The notes beneath the pieces are model-generated. The model searched no databases. It had not been told where the DNA came from and saw only the letters and a list, made by a program, of their open reading frames with translations. Made by a program: the position numbers and the translations under genes. DNA of 64,000 nucleotides from a virus (Duplodnaviria > Caudoviricetes): IMG/VR virus record IMGVR_UViG_3300028844_006787; one strand, 5' to 3'. Positions 1 to 9,864 of the stretch are shown here, piece after piece; positions within the stretch are counted from its first letter, which is position 1, and the number at the start of each line of letters is the position of its first letter.

Positions 1-480
1 TTGAAGTTCCTGATATTTGCCCCAATGTTGCGAACTAAGTTGATGAACAAGCATATAAGAATTCTCACCAATAAATCGTTGATCACCACATACACTCATA
101 ATGGTACCTGCACTAGCCGCACATCCATCTATATATGTATATATAGGAGTCTTGCTTTGCTTCATATAATCAATGCTTCCAAAAGCAGCGAATACACTAC
201 CTCCATAACTATTAATTTTTAAATGAATTGGAATCGGAACTTTAAGACCAAGTTTCATTGAAATCATTTGCATTTCACGATCTAATCTTGAAATTTCCTT
301 ATTAAGAGTAAAGTTTTCTTTCATAGATACTCCGGCATAAAAGTAAATGATATTATCATCACCTTCTACCGTATCCATAGAACTATCTTTTGCGTTACTC
401 TTTGGTTGTTTTACCACCTTCTTTTTAGTGGGTTTATTTTTTGGAGGAGTGTCTCCTGAATTTATTTCCCAATTATACAT
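1..480 (-). CDS. clpP: ClpP-family (S14) serine protease, 3' end truncated by window edge (missing from ORF track)
   Basis: Manual translation from ATG at 480: ...PIHLKINSYGGSVFAAFGSIDYMKQSKTPIYTYIDGCAASAGTIMSVCGDQRFIGENSYMLVHQLSS...; matches ClpP motifs INSxGG, GxAASAG (catalytic Ser) and MxHQ (catalytic His). Confidence 0.92.
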   Translation of the reverse strand, partial: MYNWEINSGDTPPKNKPTKKKVVKQPKSNAKDSSMDTVEGDDNIIYFYAGVSMKENFTLNKEISRLDREMQMISMKLGLKVPIPIHLKINSYGGSVFAAFGSIDYMKQSKTPIYTYIDGCAASAGTIMSVCGDQRFIGENSYMLVHQLSSQHWGKYQELQ

Positions 481-498
481 AATTTTATTATTTAATGA

Positions 499-705
499 TT
501 AACGAATCTTTTTAGGTTTATCGGTACGAACGATAGAAATCTTGGAAGACGGATCGTGTCGTTTGCAAAGATTAATCCAATATTGGGATTCAGATTTTGC
601 ATCACTTTCATTAAGAAAGTTTTTATCCGAGGTTCTACGATTATCACGTGTAACAACAAAATATGTTTTGGATGTCGTGGTGTGAGTGTCTCTATATGTT
701 TTCAT
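499..705 (-). CDS. small hypothetical phage protein
   Basis: 68-aa ORF co-oriented between rIIB and clpP. Confidence 0.6.
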   Translation of the reverse strand: MKTYRDTHTTTSKTYFVVTRDNRRTSDKNFLNESDAKSESQYWINLCKRHDPSSKISIVRTDKPKKIR

Positions 706-725
706 ATATATATTTATGTATATTT

Positions 726-2327
726 TTAGTTATTGTTTGGAAGAATAATATTATCAGTTTTTTCAATCTTTACAACACTTTCTTCGTTAGATTTTTTAGA
801 GTCTTTGCCGACAACGTCGGAAGAATTTTTTTTCGTGGCATAACATGATGCATCTTGAAACATATCTTCGTCAAAATTCATTTGGTTTGGATGATCTTTA
901 CGGGGTTCACCTTTATAATCAAATCCTTCATATTTCAATTCATCAATAACATCATCAATAATTTGGTAGTAACTAATGTTACCGTGTTCTTTACTATATT
1001 TGTCTTGATGCTTTTCAAAAATATCTTGTGCTTTTGGATGTAAATCTTTGCGTGAGTTTTCGTGAGTTAGCTTATCAACAACTTCCCATTGAGTATTAGA
1101 TATACCATGCCACTCATAAGTAAAACTTTCATTCTTCTTTAATTCCTCACCATGACGTTCAGCAGCCTCTTGTATTGGATGTTTAGTTTCGTCTTGACCG
1201 ACAACGTCGAAAGAATTTTTTTCGGATGGTTGTTCGTTTGCGTAATCGGTGCTATTATACATTGCACTAATCATATCAACATCAATTATGCCATCAATAT
1301 CATAGTGGTCGAAAGAATTTTTTTTCACAGGATTATCGGTGCTTTGACGAATGCAACCCGCAAGAATACTTTCTTTGCGTTCAGGTGCGTCAAAATCAAT
1401 TAAACCTTCTACAGGATTACCACAATCATACGAAGGTGGTGAACATAAAGGACCAGGATCGGAATAAAGATTAGAATCATCGGGTCCTAATTCATCAACA
1501 GATGTCCATTCATCTTCATCCCATGCTTCATCGTCATCGTAATCCCCATCCCCAAATGAATCTTCATCATAATACACAGGTGATTCGTATTTAGGAATCA
1601 AGTCAAATGGATTTTCAATTTCTTCGTGTACAACATAACGATAAACACGAACTTTTTGATGTTCAGAATCTTCAGGTACACTTACTACATCCGATGGATT
1701 CACTTTAACAGTTACTAATCTATCTCCTACGGATTTACCAGATTCATCTAACTTAAATTCTCCGTATTGACGAACATATTCAATACTACCGCAATGAAGA
1801 CCACGTGAACAACCACATTTCGGATCAGCAGTTACTTCATTATATGGCATTTTTACTTTATCACCAACTTTATTTGAAATGGTACCAGTGTATTTGTCGG
1901 TATAATCACAATTAATTGCTTTGTATGCAAGAAAACATCCGTCTTCGGTGATAGGCAAATTTTTATGCTCAAGAAAAGTATATAGTTGGTCTACACTTCC
2001 CTCCGATGGATTATCCATAAGATTAACGAGAAAGTTAATTATAGGTTCTACTTTATCGTTGTTGTGTATCATTTCAATGATTCTTTGAGTAAGAACATTA
2101 TGAATGATACTATCATTGTACATTAGATTATCACCTTCTATTTTAATCAAACCATTAGAGAAAGCTTTAAATCCAGTTTTAACATCAAGAAGTTGTTCAA
2201 CTTCGAAAAAATTTTTTAAGATCAATGCTTTCTTAATCTTGTAAAAGTTTGGATGAGTTTTACCTACAACAGAAGGACCGTTTTTTGTAATTAAAGTAAT
2301 AGTGTGATCGGTGATAATATTTTGCAT
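726..2327 (-). CDS. rIIB: RIIB-like protein (lysis inhibition/Rex exclusion protector) with long acidic C-terminal extension
   Basis: FLxNLMDNPS, QLYTFLEH, LPITEDGCFLAYKA, CSRGLHCGS, VKVNPSDVVSVP motifs of T4 RIIB family; lies next to rIIA. Confidence 0.9.
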   Translation of the reverse strand: MQNIITDHTITLITKNGPSVVGKTHPNFYKIKKALILKNFFEVEQLLDVKTGFKAFSNGLIKIEGDNLMYNDSIIHNVLTQRIIEMIHNNDKVEPIINFLVNLMDNPSEGSVDQLYTFLEHKNLPITEDGCFLAYKAINCDYTDKYTGTISNKVGDKVKMPYNEVTADPKCGCSRGLHCGSIEYVRQYGEFKLDESGKSVGDRLVTVKVNPSDVVSVPEDSEHQKVRVYRYVVHEEIENPFDLIPKYESPVYYDEDSFGDGDYDDDEAWDEDEWTSVDELGPDDSNLYSDPGPLCSPPSYDCGNPVEGLIDFDAPERKESILAGCIRQSTDNPVKKNSFDHYDIDGIIDVDMISAMYNSTDYANEQPSEKNSFDVVGQDETKHPIQEAAERHGEELKKNESFTYEWHGISNTQWEVVDKLTHENSRKDLHPKAQDIFEKHQDKYSKEHGNISYYQIIDDVIDELKYEGFDYKGEPRKDHPNQMNFDEDMFQDASCYATKKNSSDVVGKDSKKSNEESVVKIEKTDNIILPNNN

Positions 2328-2354
2328 AACAATTTTCTTTCTTATTTAGGACGA

Positions 2355-2576
2355 TTATGATTGTTCTTTACCATCTTCTCCGAGTGGTGCTAATCCTTGC
2401 TTTGCTCTTGCTTTATTTTTATTTGCAATTTGTGATCTATTCATTTTAGGAGTTACCATTGTTCCGTAAATTCCTTTTACCAATGGTCCAGAGGTTCGAC
2501 CGGTTTTTTTTGCGACCTTATATAAACTTGGATGTTTATCTTTATTTGGTAGATTAATTCTTGCTTTTTTGCTCAT
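2355..2576 (-). CDS. small basic hypothetical protein
   Basis: 73-aa Lys/Arg-rich ORF; ATG coupled to upstream stop (TAATG). Confidence 0.6.
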   Translation of the reverse strand: MSKKARINLPNKDKHPSLYKVAKKTGRTSGPLVKGIYGTMVTPKMNRSQIANKNKARAKQGLAPLGEDGKEQS

Positions 2577-2716
2577 TATTGAACCTCATGCTCCGATGGA
2601 TTAGATTGTTTAGTTGATTGTACAGTTGAGTATTTGTATTTCTTAGATAGTTTAGATTGTTTACCCATTCCGAATTTCTTTTTAAGACGGTGTTTCCAAT
2701 GTTGTGATGCTTTCAT
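2576..2716 (-). CDS. small basic hypothetical protein (46 aa, below ORF-track cutoff)
   Basis: MKASQHWKHRLKKKFGMGKQSKLSKKYKYST...; TAATG coupling to next ORF; TTGACG-N17-TATTAT promoter at ~2756-2784. Confidence 0.5.
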   Translation of the reverse strand: MKASQHWKHRLKKKFGMGKQSKLSKKYKYSTVQSTKQSNPSEHEVQ

Positions 2717-2848
2717 ATTTATATATATTTGGTTAAAGTTAAATTTAATGTTATAATAATACCTTTTGAATAGTCTTTCGTCAACTTTTTTTTAATTTCT
2801 TCCGAAATCAAAAAAAACTTTCCTTAGACAAATTAGTATCTATTGATA

Positions 2849-5119
2849 TTACTTTTTTGAGTTATTTACTAATTCAATGTAATTGATTAATTCTTGCATA
2901 GGTTCTTTGCTCCAAGATTCGTCGGAAGAGGTGGTTAACGCATGAGACATATATGTTACCATAGGATAGTGATTACGAAGCATTTTTAGCACATCACAGA
3001 GGGTTTTAGAGGCAGTTTGATTAAAGTATTTACTTATGTTATTATCATCTTCAACCCAATTAGTAAATCTTAATAGTGTATTGTAATAGTCTCTATCTTG
3101 TTCATCGAGTGTATTATTAGTTTTTTCGTTGAATAAAACAATTTTGTTTATTTTATTTAATTCTTTTACTAAATTATGATGTTTGCTATTTGAAAGTAAC
3201 ACTACGAGACGTTTAAATAAACGTTTGTTGATTAAGTTACGAGTAAATTTATATGAACCATCGGATTGATGATGCTCGTATTGTTTAGATTTAGAAATCT
3301 TGTATAATCTACTATTTTCATCTTTGAACGAGTATTTAATAAATTCAGTTATATAATCAAATACATTTACAAAGTTTCTTTTGTTTTTAAGTTTCTTGGT
3401 GAATCCGTATTTGATTCCATAAACAACTACTTCGTTTTTTGTTTTACCAAGAACCGATGCTAACAATGTATGAATGTTATTATTAGAATACTCAATATCA
3501 TTGTGTACGATTTTCCAATTCTTGATTGGTACATAATAAGTTCTTTGATTATTATCTAAGTCAAGTAATTCAGCATTATCCCAATTGTTTGCTAATCTCC
3601 AATAACTTCCACCAGTATATTGAAATGCTTCTATTTTATTGTTATTAGAATTTTTGGTACGAGTGGATGTTGGTTTAACGAGAGAAGATGTTTTATGAAG
3701 TTTAAGTGGAAATCCAATTAGTTTTAAATATGCTTTTTCTCGTTTTGAAAAAGATTTAAGTAATACTACAACTTTATTTTCATTGTTGCGGACATAATGA
3801 TTAATACGACCAATATGACCATTCGGTAAATCATTTACAAAGAATTCTACATTGTTGTCAAAAGGAATTACAGAATCTCTTAAACTTCTACGATTAACTC
3901 TATCGGAGTTTGAGGTGTATCTACGAGGAAGACCCAACCAAAAGACTTCATGTTCAATTGACAATGCATACGCATTTTTATCGTTTGTTCCGTGAAAGTT
4001 TTCAAGTAAAGAGTTACCTTTGTAGTTCAATTCAGATTTCCATTTAAAATTAGAAATAACACCATTGCTATGATTGTAAGTGTTTGTATCATCCGAATAT
4101 TCATCGTTCTTGGCAATCATCGCATTGAATAATATACGAGCATCCCAATAAGATTTACATTTATTGATTCGGTCAGTCATAATATCCTTAATTTCATTGG
4201 AAACACGTTCAATGAAATTAACAATATATTCCTTTCCTTCGTTGTTCCATCCAATTTCTTCACGACTTGCAGTAATATCAAGATTACCGATTGGAACACG
4301 AAATACTAAGTTGGACATTAAATTTCTAATTTCGTTTTGCTTTTCCCACGATGGATGTCTACGACGAACAAGTTCATCAATATCATAGTAACTAAGAGGA
4401 TATGTTACATTACCCATTAAAATGACCGAGGAACTATCTCTTTTTTGTTTTTCAACATAATACCAATCTTTACCCTCAAGAATTTTCGTGGGGACATTCA
4501 GAGTATGCTTCGTTGAACCAATGGTAACATTTGGAGTAACATCAAAGTAAGTTAGAATTTCATCAGCAGATTGTTGCATTAAACGATAATGCTCAGAATC
4601 AGTAGGAGTAAACTTGATTTCGGTGCCAGATGCTTCTTTGGTATTTTCTTCGGATACAATAGAAAAATTTGGGACATCTGCATCAAGATAATTAATAACC
4701 GTAGTTTTCTTGCCATTCTTAATGGAAGTAACCGTAAAGGCATCACTAAGAGTAAAAGGAGTTTTACTACCAAGACCCATACAGCCTACAAAGTCGTTGC
4801 TATGAGTTTTATTGCTTTCAAAGTAAGTAGTATAAGTAGTTTCTAATTCTTGCTTGCTCATACCAATGCCATAGTCCCTAATAGAGAACCAAGGCTCTGC
4901 GACAGAGGGCAGATGTACATCAAATGGAGTATGAGTATTACCTTTGGCTACATGAGCATCATATGCGTTAGTAGATAACTCTCGTATAGGAGCAGCTATT
5001 TTATCACTATATAAACCATCACTTAATATCCTAAATGCTTTTGCTGATGCTTTAATTGAATACTGAGTAGTAGCATTAAGATTGTTACTTACTACATTAG
5101 GAGCTGTTTTAAGTTGCAT
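2849..5119 (-). CDS. rIIA: RIIA-like protein with N-terminal GHKL/HATPase_c domain
   Basis: AFRILSDGLYSDK...IRELSTNAYDAH...IRDYGIGMS...STK-like ESNK...GCMGLGSKTPF; SREEI motif; typical of T4 RIIA. Confidence 0.92.
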   Translation of the reverse strand: MQLKTAPNVVSNNLNATTQYSIKASAKAFRILSDGLYSDKIAAPIRELSTNAYDAHVAKGNTHTPFDVHLPSVAEPWFSIRDYGIGMSKQELETTYTTYFESNKTHSNDFVGCMGLGSKTPFTLSDAFTVTSIKNGKKTTVINYLDADVPNFSIVSEENTKEASGTEIKFTPTDSEHYRLMQQSADEILTYFDVTPNVTIGSTKHTLNVPTKILEGKDWYYVEKQKRDSSSVILMGNVTYPLSYYDIDELVRRRHPSWEKQNEIRNLMSNLVFRVPIGNLDITASREEIGWNNEGKEYIVNFIERVSNEIKDIMTDRINKCKSYWDARILFNAMIAKNDEYSDDTNTYNHSNGVISNFKWKSELNYKGNSLLENFHGTNDKNAYALSIEHEVFWLGLPRRYTSNSDRVNRRSLRDSVIPFDNNVEFFVNDLPNGHIGRINHYVRNNENKVVVLLKSFSKREKAYLKLIGFPLKLHKTSSLVKPTSTRTKNSNNNKIEAFQYTGGSYWRLANNWDNAELLDLDNNQRTYYVPIKNWKIVHNDIEYSNNNIHTLLASVLGKTKNEVVVYGIKYGFTKKLKNKRNFVNVFDYITEFIKYSFKDENSRLYKISKSKQYEHHQSDGSYKFTRNLINKRLFKRLVVLLSNSKHHNLVKELNKINKIVLFNEKTNNTLDEQDRDYYNTLLRFTNWVEDDNNISKYFNQTASKTLCDVLKMLRNHYPMVTYMSHALTTSSDESWSKEPMQELINYIELVNNSKK

Positions 5120-5332
5120 AACGGATATTAGTAGATGTATTATATGTTAGTAGATTAATATACTCTGAATAAGAATTACGATTTATTATAGTTATATTAT
5201 AGTTCTTGTGATTATGAATTCAACTTACCATAATACCCCTTAGACGTCAACATCTATTTTTATAATTTTTTTATAATTTACCTATATCGTTAGTAGGTAA
5301 GGATTTACATTCCGCAAAAATTCTATATCAAC

Positions 5333-5587
5333 TTAGTTAGGATACACAGGTTCCATAATCACATTAGCATCAAGAGAAATTTCATATGCGTGTTCTAATG
5401 AGATTTTATCTCCTACACTTACAATCCTAGAATGAGAGTCATTATCATGCTTATCTATTTCAAAGTAAGCTGCTCCTTCTATTTTTGTAATCTCACAACT
5501 TGTACTGGAATTTAACATTGCAGTAGGATGAGTAGATGTGTAACGTTTAATATACACATTAGGAACTGATTTACCATTCTTGAACAT
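5333..5587 (-). CDS. hypothetical protein, paralog 1 of tandem triplet
   Basis: Shares V.I.R...HP...N.S..EI.KIE...V.VGD.IS with 5631..5963; leaderless TTGACT-N16-TATAAT promoter. Confidence 0.7.
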   Translation of the reverse strand: MFKNGKSVPNVYIKRYTSTHPTAMLNSSTSCEITKIEGAAYFEIDKHDNDSHSRIVSVGDKISLEHAYEISLDANVIMEPVYPN

Positions 5588-5630
5588 AATAGGGAATTAT
5601 ACAGATTCCCCAAAAATAGTCAAGAAGGTT

Positions 5631-5963
5631 TTATGCTTCCAAATTAAGAAAAGTAACAATAACTTTATTATGACGAGAAAGTTGTTCAGCAGCTGCTTGA
5701 GATACTCTGTCTCCTACAGTAACTGATATTTGAGGTCCTTCTCCGTCTGGTTGTTTTGCTTGTTTGTTTACTCGTAAAACAACACCATTTTCAATTTTGC
5801 TTATTTCAAAAGGTTTACTTGCATTGATTTGTACAGATGGATGACTACCAAGTAATCTTTGTATATGTACAATTGTTTTTTCTTCTTGTTTAGGTGCTAC
5901 TACTACTTTCTGTTCCATAACAGATTCTCCATTTTCAGTATTTTTAAAATTTAACCAACTCAT
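5631..5963 (-). CDS. hypothetical protein, paralog 2 of tandem triplet
   Basis: Aligned by eye to 5333..5587. Confidence 0.7.
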   Translation of the reverse strand: MSWLNFKNTENGESVMEQKVVVAPKQEEKTIVHIQRLLGSHPSVQINASKPFEISKIENGVVLRVNKQAKQPDGEGPQISVTVGDRVSQAAAEQLSRHNKVIVTFLNLEA

Positions 5964-5967
5964 TTTA

Positions 5968-6294
5968 CTAATCCAATAATACTTCAGGTCCTGATGATTC
6001 TCTTTCTACTATTTCAATACTATCAAATACAGAATTACGACTTCTTGCTTTTTCCACCAAATGTTGTACTTGTTGTTCATTAAGAAATTCTCCTACACGC
6101 ACAACCTTCTCTGAGAAACCAAACGGGTCAATTGAATCGTCCGATTTAAAACTACTGCTTCTTGGAACTTTCAATGATGCTTCGTTTATAAGTTTCTTTA
6201 CCTTATATGGCAAAGTAATGTTCTTAGGACAATATTCTATTGTTACTTTTATTCCTTTTGCTTTTGCTTTACCTAGACCTAGTAGATTAATCAT
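5968..6294 (-). CDS. hypothetical protein, probable divergent paralog 3
   Basis: PYKVKKL...VVRVGEFLNEQQVQHL resembles PFEISKI...VTVGDRVSQAAAEQL. Confidence 0.6.
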   Translation of the reverse strand: MINLLGLGKAKAKGIKVTIEYCPKNITLPYKVKKLINEASLKVPRSSSFKSDDSIDPFGFSEKVVRVGEFLNEQQVQHLVEKARSRNSVFDSIEIVERESSGPEVLLD

Positions 6295-6321
6295 AAATAT
6301 ATATATTAACTAGAAGCATTA

Positions 6322-6729
6322 TTATTTGTTATATTTACTTAAAAAATTATAGAATATAATAGTTCCTTGAGTTTTTAACCAATTTTCATATTTATGAAGA
6401 TCCATTGTTGTTCGTTTCTTAGTTGATAAATGATAATCATTATACGAAACCAAAAGATCCTCTGGAAATATCGAAGTATTGAATCTGTTATCTATAACAC
6501 TCATAGATATAGCAGTTTCATTAGTAAATTCCCACATTAAAGTATTTCTAAATGATTCTATGCCAAAAATTACCATATCTAGTTCTTCTTTAGTACACAA
6601 AAACAAATAATCGTAATTGTATCCATTGTTATCGGGATCAATTACATTATGAATATAGAATATAGATTCTTTTTTAATTTCTTCTATATCTTTTGATTCA
6701 AAATAAGATTTTCCATTAAGTTTTATCAT
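6322..6729 (-). CDS. hypothetical protein
   Basis: 135-aa ORF overlapping upstream ORF. Confidence 0.6.
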   Translation of the reverse strand: MIKLNGKSYFESKDIEEIKKESIFYIHNVIDPDNNGYNYDYLFLCTKEELDMVIFGIESFRNTLMWEFTNETAISMSVIDNRFNTSIFPEDLLVSYNDYHLSTKKRTTMDLHKYENWLKTQGTIIFYNFLSKYNK

Positions 6730-6961
6730 TTTCTAGTCGTGTTAGTATGCCTTTAGATATTAAATCATAGAATTTATAGTCTGAAAGTGCTACTCTGCGT
6801 AGTTTCTGAGTATTTTTATCTTTAATTTTAAGATTAACTATGCGTTTTCCTTCAATTTCGCATATATCTATCGCATGATACACCAAATAAACGTATTGTT
6901 CTTCTACTGGGTTATAGGTAATCATTACATAATCTTGTTTTAAGGATACACTTCTCTCCAT
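6716..6961 (-). CDS. hypothetical protein
   Basis: 81-aa ORF, co-oriented. Confidence 0.55.
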   Translation of the reverse strand: MERSVSLKQDYVMITYNPVEEQYVYLVYHAIDICEIEGKRIVNLKIKDKNTQKLRRVALSDYKFYDLISKGILTRLENDKT

Positions 6962-7476
6962 GTATATACATATTGTTTACTTTTACCTTTTAACCAATAG
7001 TAATTTCCTCATAAAAAAATCTGTCTCCAGGATTTTTTGGATTTTTCGAGAAAAAAAACTTTTATCTACCCACCAAAAATCGATATAAGTAAGATCTGGA
7101 AGAAAAAATGGTCATCCACACAAGAGTAGAGGTGGCCGACCTAAAAATCGGGTTTTGCTTTCCTGGTTACAAAAAAAAGTTATTAGGTATACTAATAGTA
7201 TATTACGAGCAACACATACCAGAGGTAAGAAATGCAACGATATATTTTGCTATTAGTATACCTAATGTGAATATAACTACATTAATTAGGACTTCTATGA
7301 CTTCTTTTGCTTTATTATCCACTGCATAACAAGGAAATTGCGATTACACTTGCTACTATGGCAGCTTTTTTGCCTATTTTAATGCTTTTTTTCTTCGTTT
7401 CTTCTGTTATTATAGGCATTTTTATTCTTTTCATACCTATAAATATTATAAAAAGGGTATTTTTATAATAATATGC

Positions 7477-7893
7477 TTAATTATTTTTATAAAATAATGT
7501 AAAAAATGCGGTTAATCCAAGTAATACTATAAATCCTGAGAAACTATTAAGATTTTCAGTTAAAACATTGATATTTTTAACTACACTATAAAACGGTGTG
7601 TTTTCTCCGAATAGTGCTGATACTACTAAACTTAGTCCTATTACTCCTACTAATAGTATAGTAATGCTTTTTATGAATATCATAAGTGTAGATATACTAT
7701 TACTTATACTGGTATTACTATTATCGGTAGTATTATCTTTATTTGGGATTTCCGCAGGAATTTCGTAGTTGTCCCAATGCTCTTTGGGATCATAGTTTGC
7801 TAGGTCCTGCTGTTTCAGTTCTTCTGGTGTGAATTCCATAGTTTCAGGGTTTTCCTCGGAATTTCTGTTTTTTGATTTTTTTTTCTTGGGCAT
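7477..7893 (-). CDS. hypothetical membrane protein (2 TM helices)
   Basis: Two C-terminal hydrophobic stretches after a charged N-terminus. Confidence 0.65.
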   Translation of the reverse strand: MPKKKKSKNRNSEENPETMEFTPEELKQQDLANYDPKEHWDNYEIPAEIPNKDNTTDNSNTSISNSISTLMIFIKSITILLVGVIGLSLVVSALFGENTPFYSVVKNINVLTENLNSFSGFIVLLGLTAFFTLFYKNN

Positions 7894-8027
7894 AATATTT
7901 TTTGTAAGTGATTGATAATTCAGGACTTATGTAAATAATTTTTTTTATCTACTAAAAAATACCTCCCATATTAATAATGCGAATAATAGTGTGGTAAGAA
8001 GCATGACAAATAAATCAACCATGTATA

Positions 8028-8366
8028 TTAACGATTAGTAAAAGTTACAAGGACCTTTTTATTGTTTGAATCTTCAAACATCATATCACGAACTCCTATT
8101 TCAATATCATATCCACTATGCTCTAGTGTATATCCGGCCTTTTTCATGCCATTGGTAATAGCATCATTCACACAGGGTTTATCAAGAAGTTCTTTGGAAA
8201 CCATTTCCATAACTGCTTCGTTCTCAAGAATCGGAAGTTGGATTTGTAAAAACTTTTTGATTCCGTTGTAAATTTCGTTGCTTAACATATCCCGAGCAGA
8301 AGAACTTTCAAGATTCAATTGAAGTCCACTTACGTTATTTAATACATCATCTATAATTTTCTTCAT
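8028..8366 (-). CDS. hypothetical protein
   Basis: 112-aa ORF with TTGACT-N17-TATAGT promoter 8 nt upstream of ATG. Confidence 0.7.
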   Translation of the reverse strand: MKKIIDDVLNNVSGLQLNLESSSARDMLSNEIYNGIKKFLQIQLPILENEAVMEMVSKELLDKPCVNDAITNGMKKAGYTLEHSGYDIEIGVRDMMFEDSNNKKVLVTFTNR

Positions 8367-8900
8367 ATGATAAAACTATATTATAATTTTGCGGAAAAGT
8401 CAACTCATAAGTTTTTTATACCGGTAACATAAAGATATACTGCTAATGCTATTACCGCAAGATATACTAAGATGATCATATAATCATAAATACATTCTAT
8501 AAAATATTATATGTCGATAAAAATCCATTATATAAACACATTGCATTATATACGTTTAATGTATCAACATATACACATATCATGATACCAGTAAATCAGG
8601 TCAGGTTTTATATCTTCTAATATGCGTTTCAGAACGCATTTTCTTGAAAATAAAAATACATCATTGAAATATCGTTGTGCCCATGTGCTCTATTCTTTTT
8701 TTATATTTTTTAGCACTATTTGTATCGCACCGTTAGTATTCTTTTATATGTGTGATATGTGGGTTCTTTTTGATGTATATTTTCCCAAGAAAAATGAAGT
8801 CTATTTGGGGGTATTCCTGTTCCCCTCCCACCATCCCTTGATGGTACAAAATTTCGCCCGAAAAGTCAAATGCAAATAATGATAATAGTAAGGCTAGTAG

Positions 8901-9700
8901 TATAGGTAATAGTAATATACGCATACATAGTAATAGTAATGATCAATCATCCTTAATTTCCTCATTTTCCCCAGCACCTAGAAAAAATAATTTATAGGTC
9001 TTTTGTAAGTTGTTGCTATTCAGATATTTGCTAGCTAATATTAATTGCATTTTATTTTTTCTAGGTGCTAGGCAAAATAATCAGGTCGTTATATTGGGTG
9101 TTATGGGTATTATCATTAGTAATAGTAATAGATAATGATGCGGTGCGAAAGTGCTTGACAGAGCTAGTGTTTTTTGCTATGGGTAGCTATGGTAAAAAGT
9201 GGTGGTCGTCACGAGAACCCCCTTTATTAAAATGAATGCTTGACTATATCTGGATCCAGCAAACTACTAATAATATAATTATATACGTAAATAAATGTAT
9301 TTGCGTATCAAAGGCTATACCTTGACACCTAGAGTGCCTTTGACACCCATATAAAGGGGTATACAAGGATTTAAAAGGTAATTTGGTGGACATAGCTATA
9401 TTACCCTACTATACATGAAGTCTATATTTGTCTATTCTCTATTACTATTACTATATGGGTATTATCAGGTAACATCAACTATTATCAACTATCATATATT
9501 ATCATCAGCAATATCAATTAAGGTAGATTGGTGGGTGGGGACGACTAGCCTGATGTTATACGCATTTAGCATTTATAGACGGGTTAGACTACGTTCTTAC
9601 TATTTCATTTATATTACTATTACCTATACTATTATGTTTATTACTATTATGCGTTATGCGTATATTATCTACTTTATTACTATTACCTATATTACTATTA
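8901..9700. repeat. polarity-switching AGTAAT/ATTACT repeat field
   Basis: TATAGGTAATAGTAATA at 8901-8917 versus reverse complement TATTACTATTACCTATA at 9612-9628 and 9675-9691; further (AGTAAT)2 at ~8928 and ~9117, (ATTACT)2 at ~9440. Confidence 0.85.
8973..9069. repeat. perfect 18-bp inverted repeat (AGCACCTAGAAAAAATAA) with 61-bp spacer
   Basis: 8973-8990 is the exact reverse complement of 9052-9069. Confidence 0.95.
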
Positions 9701-9864
9701 TCATTATACATTATTTCCGCAAAAATTTTGGGTATTTTTTCAGGCCATATCTAGTCCCCTTTTATGCGTAATTCGGTGGGCAAAAAAAACTAGCTATAAT
9801 CTGATGAAATGAAGAAGAAATCAAATGGTTGCGAAAGCAAGCATTTATTTCTTTTGAATGAAAT

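Noticed and set aside
1-222. + strand 73-aa ORF
   Set aside because: Antisense shadow of clpP.
9415-9771. 118-aa Tyr/Ile/Thr-rich ORF as a membrane protein
   Set aside because: Composition follows from the ATTACT repeats; no convincing start signal. More likely non-coding, though not excluded.
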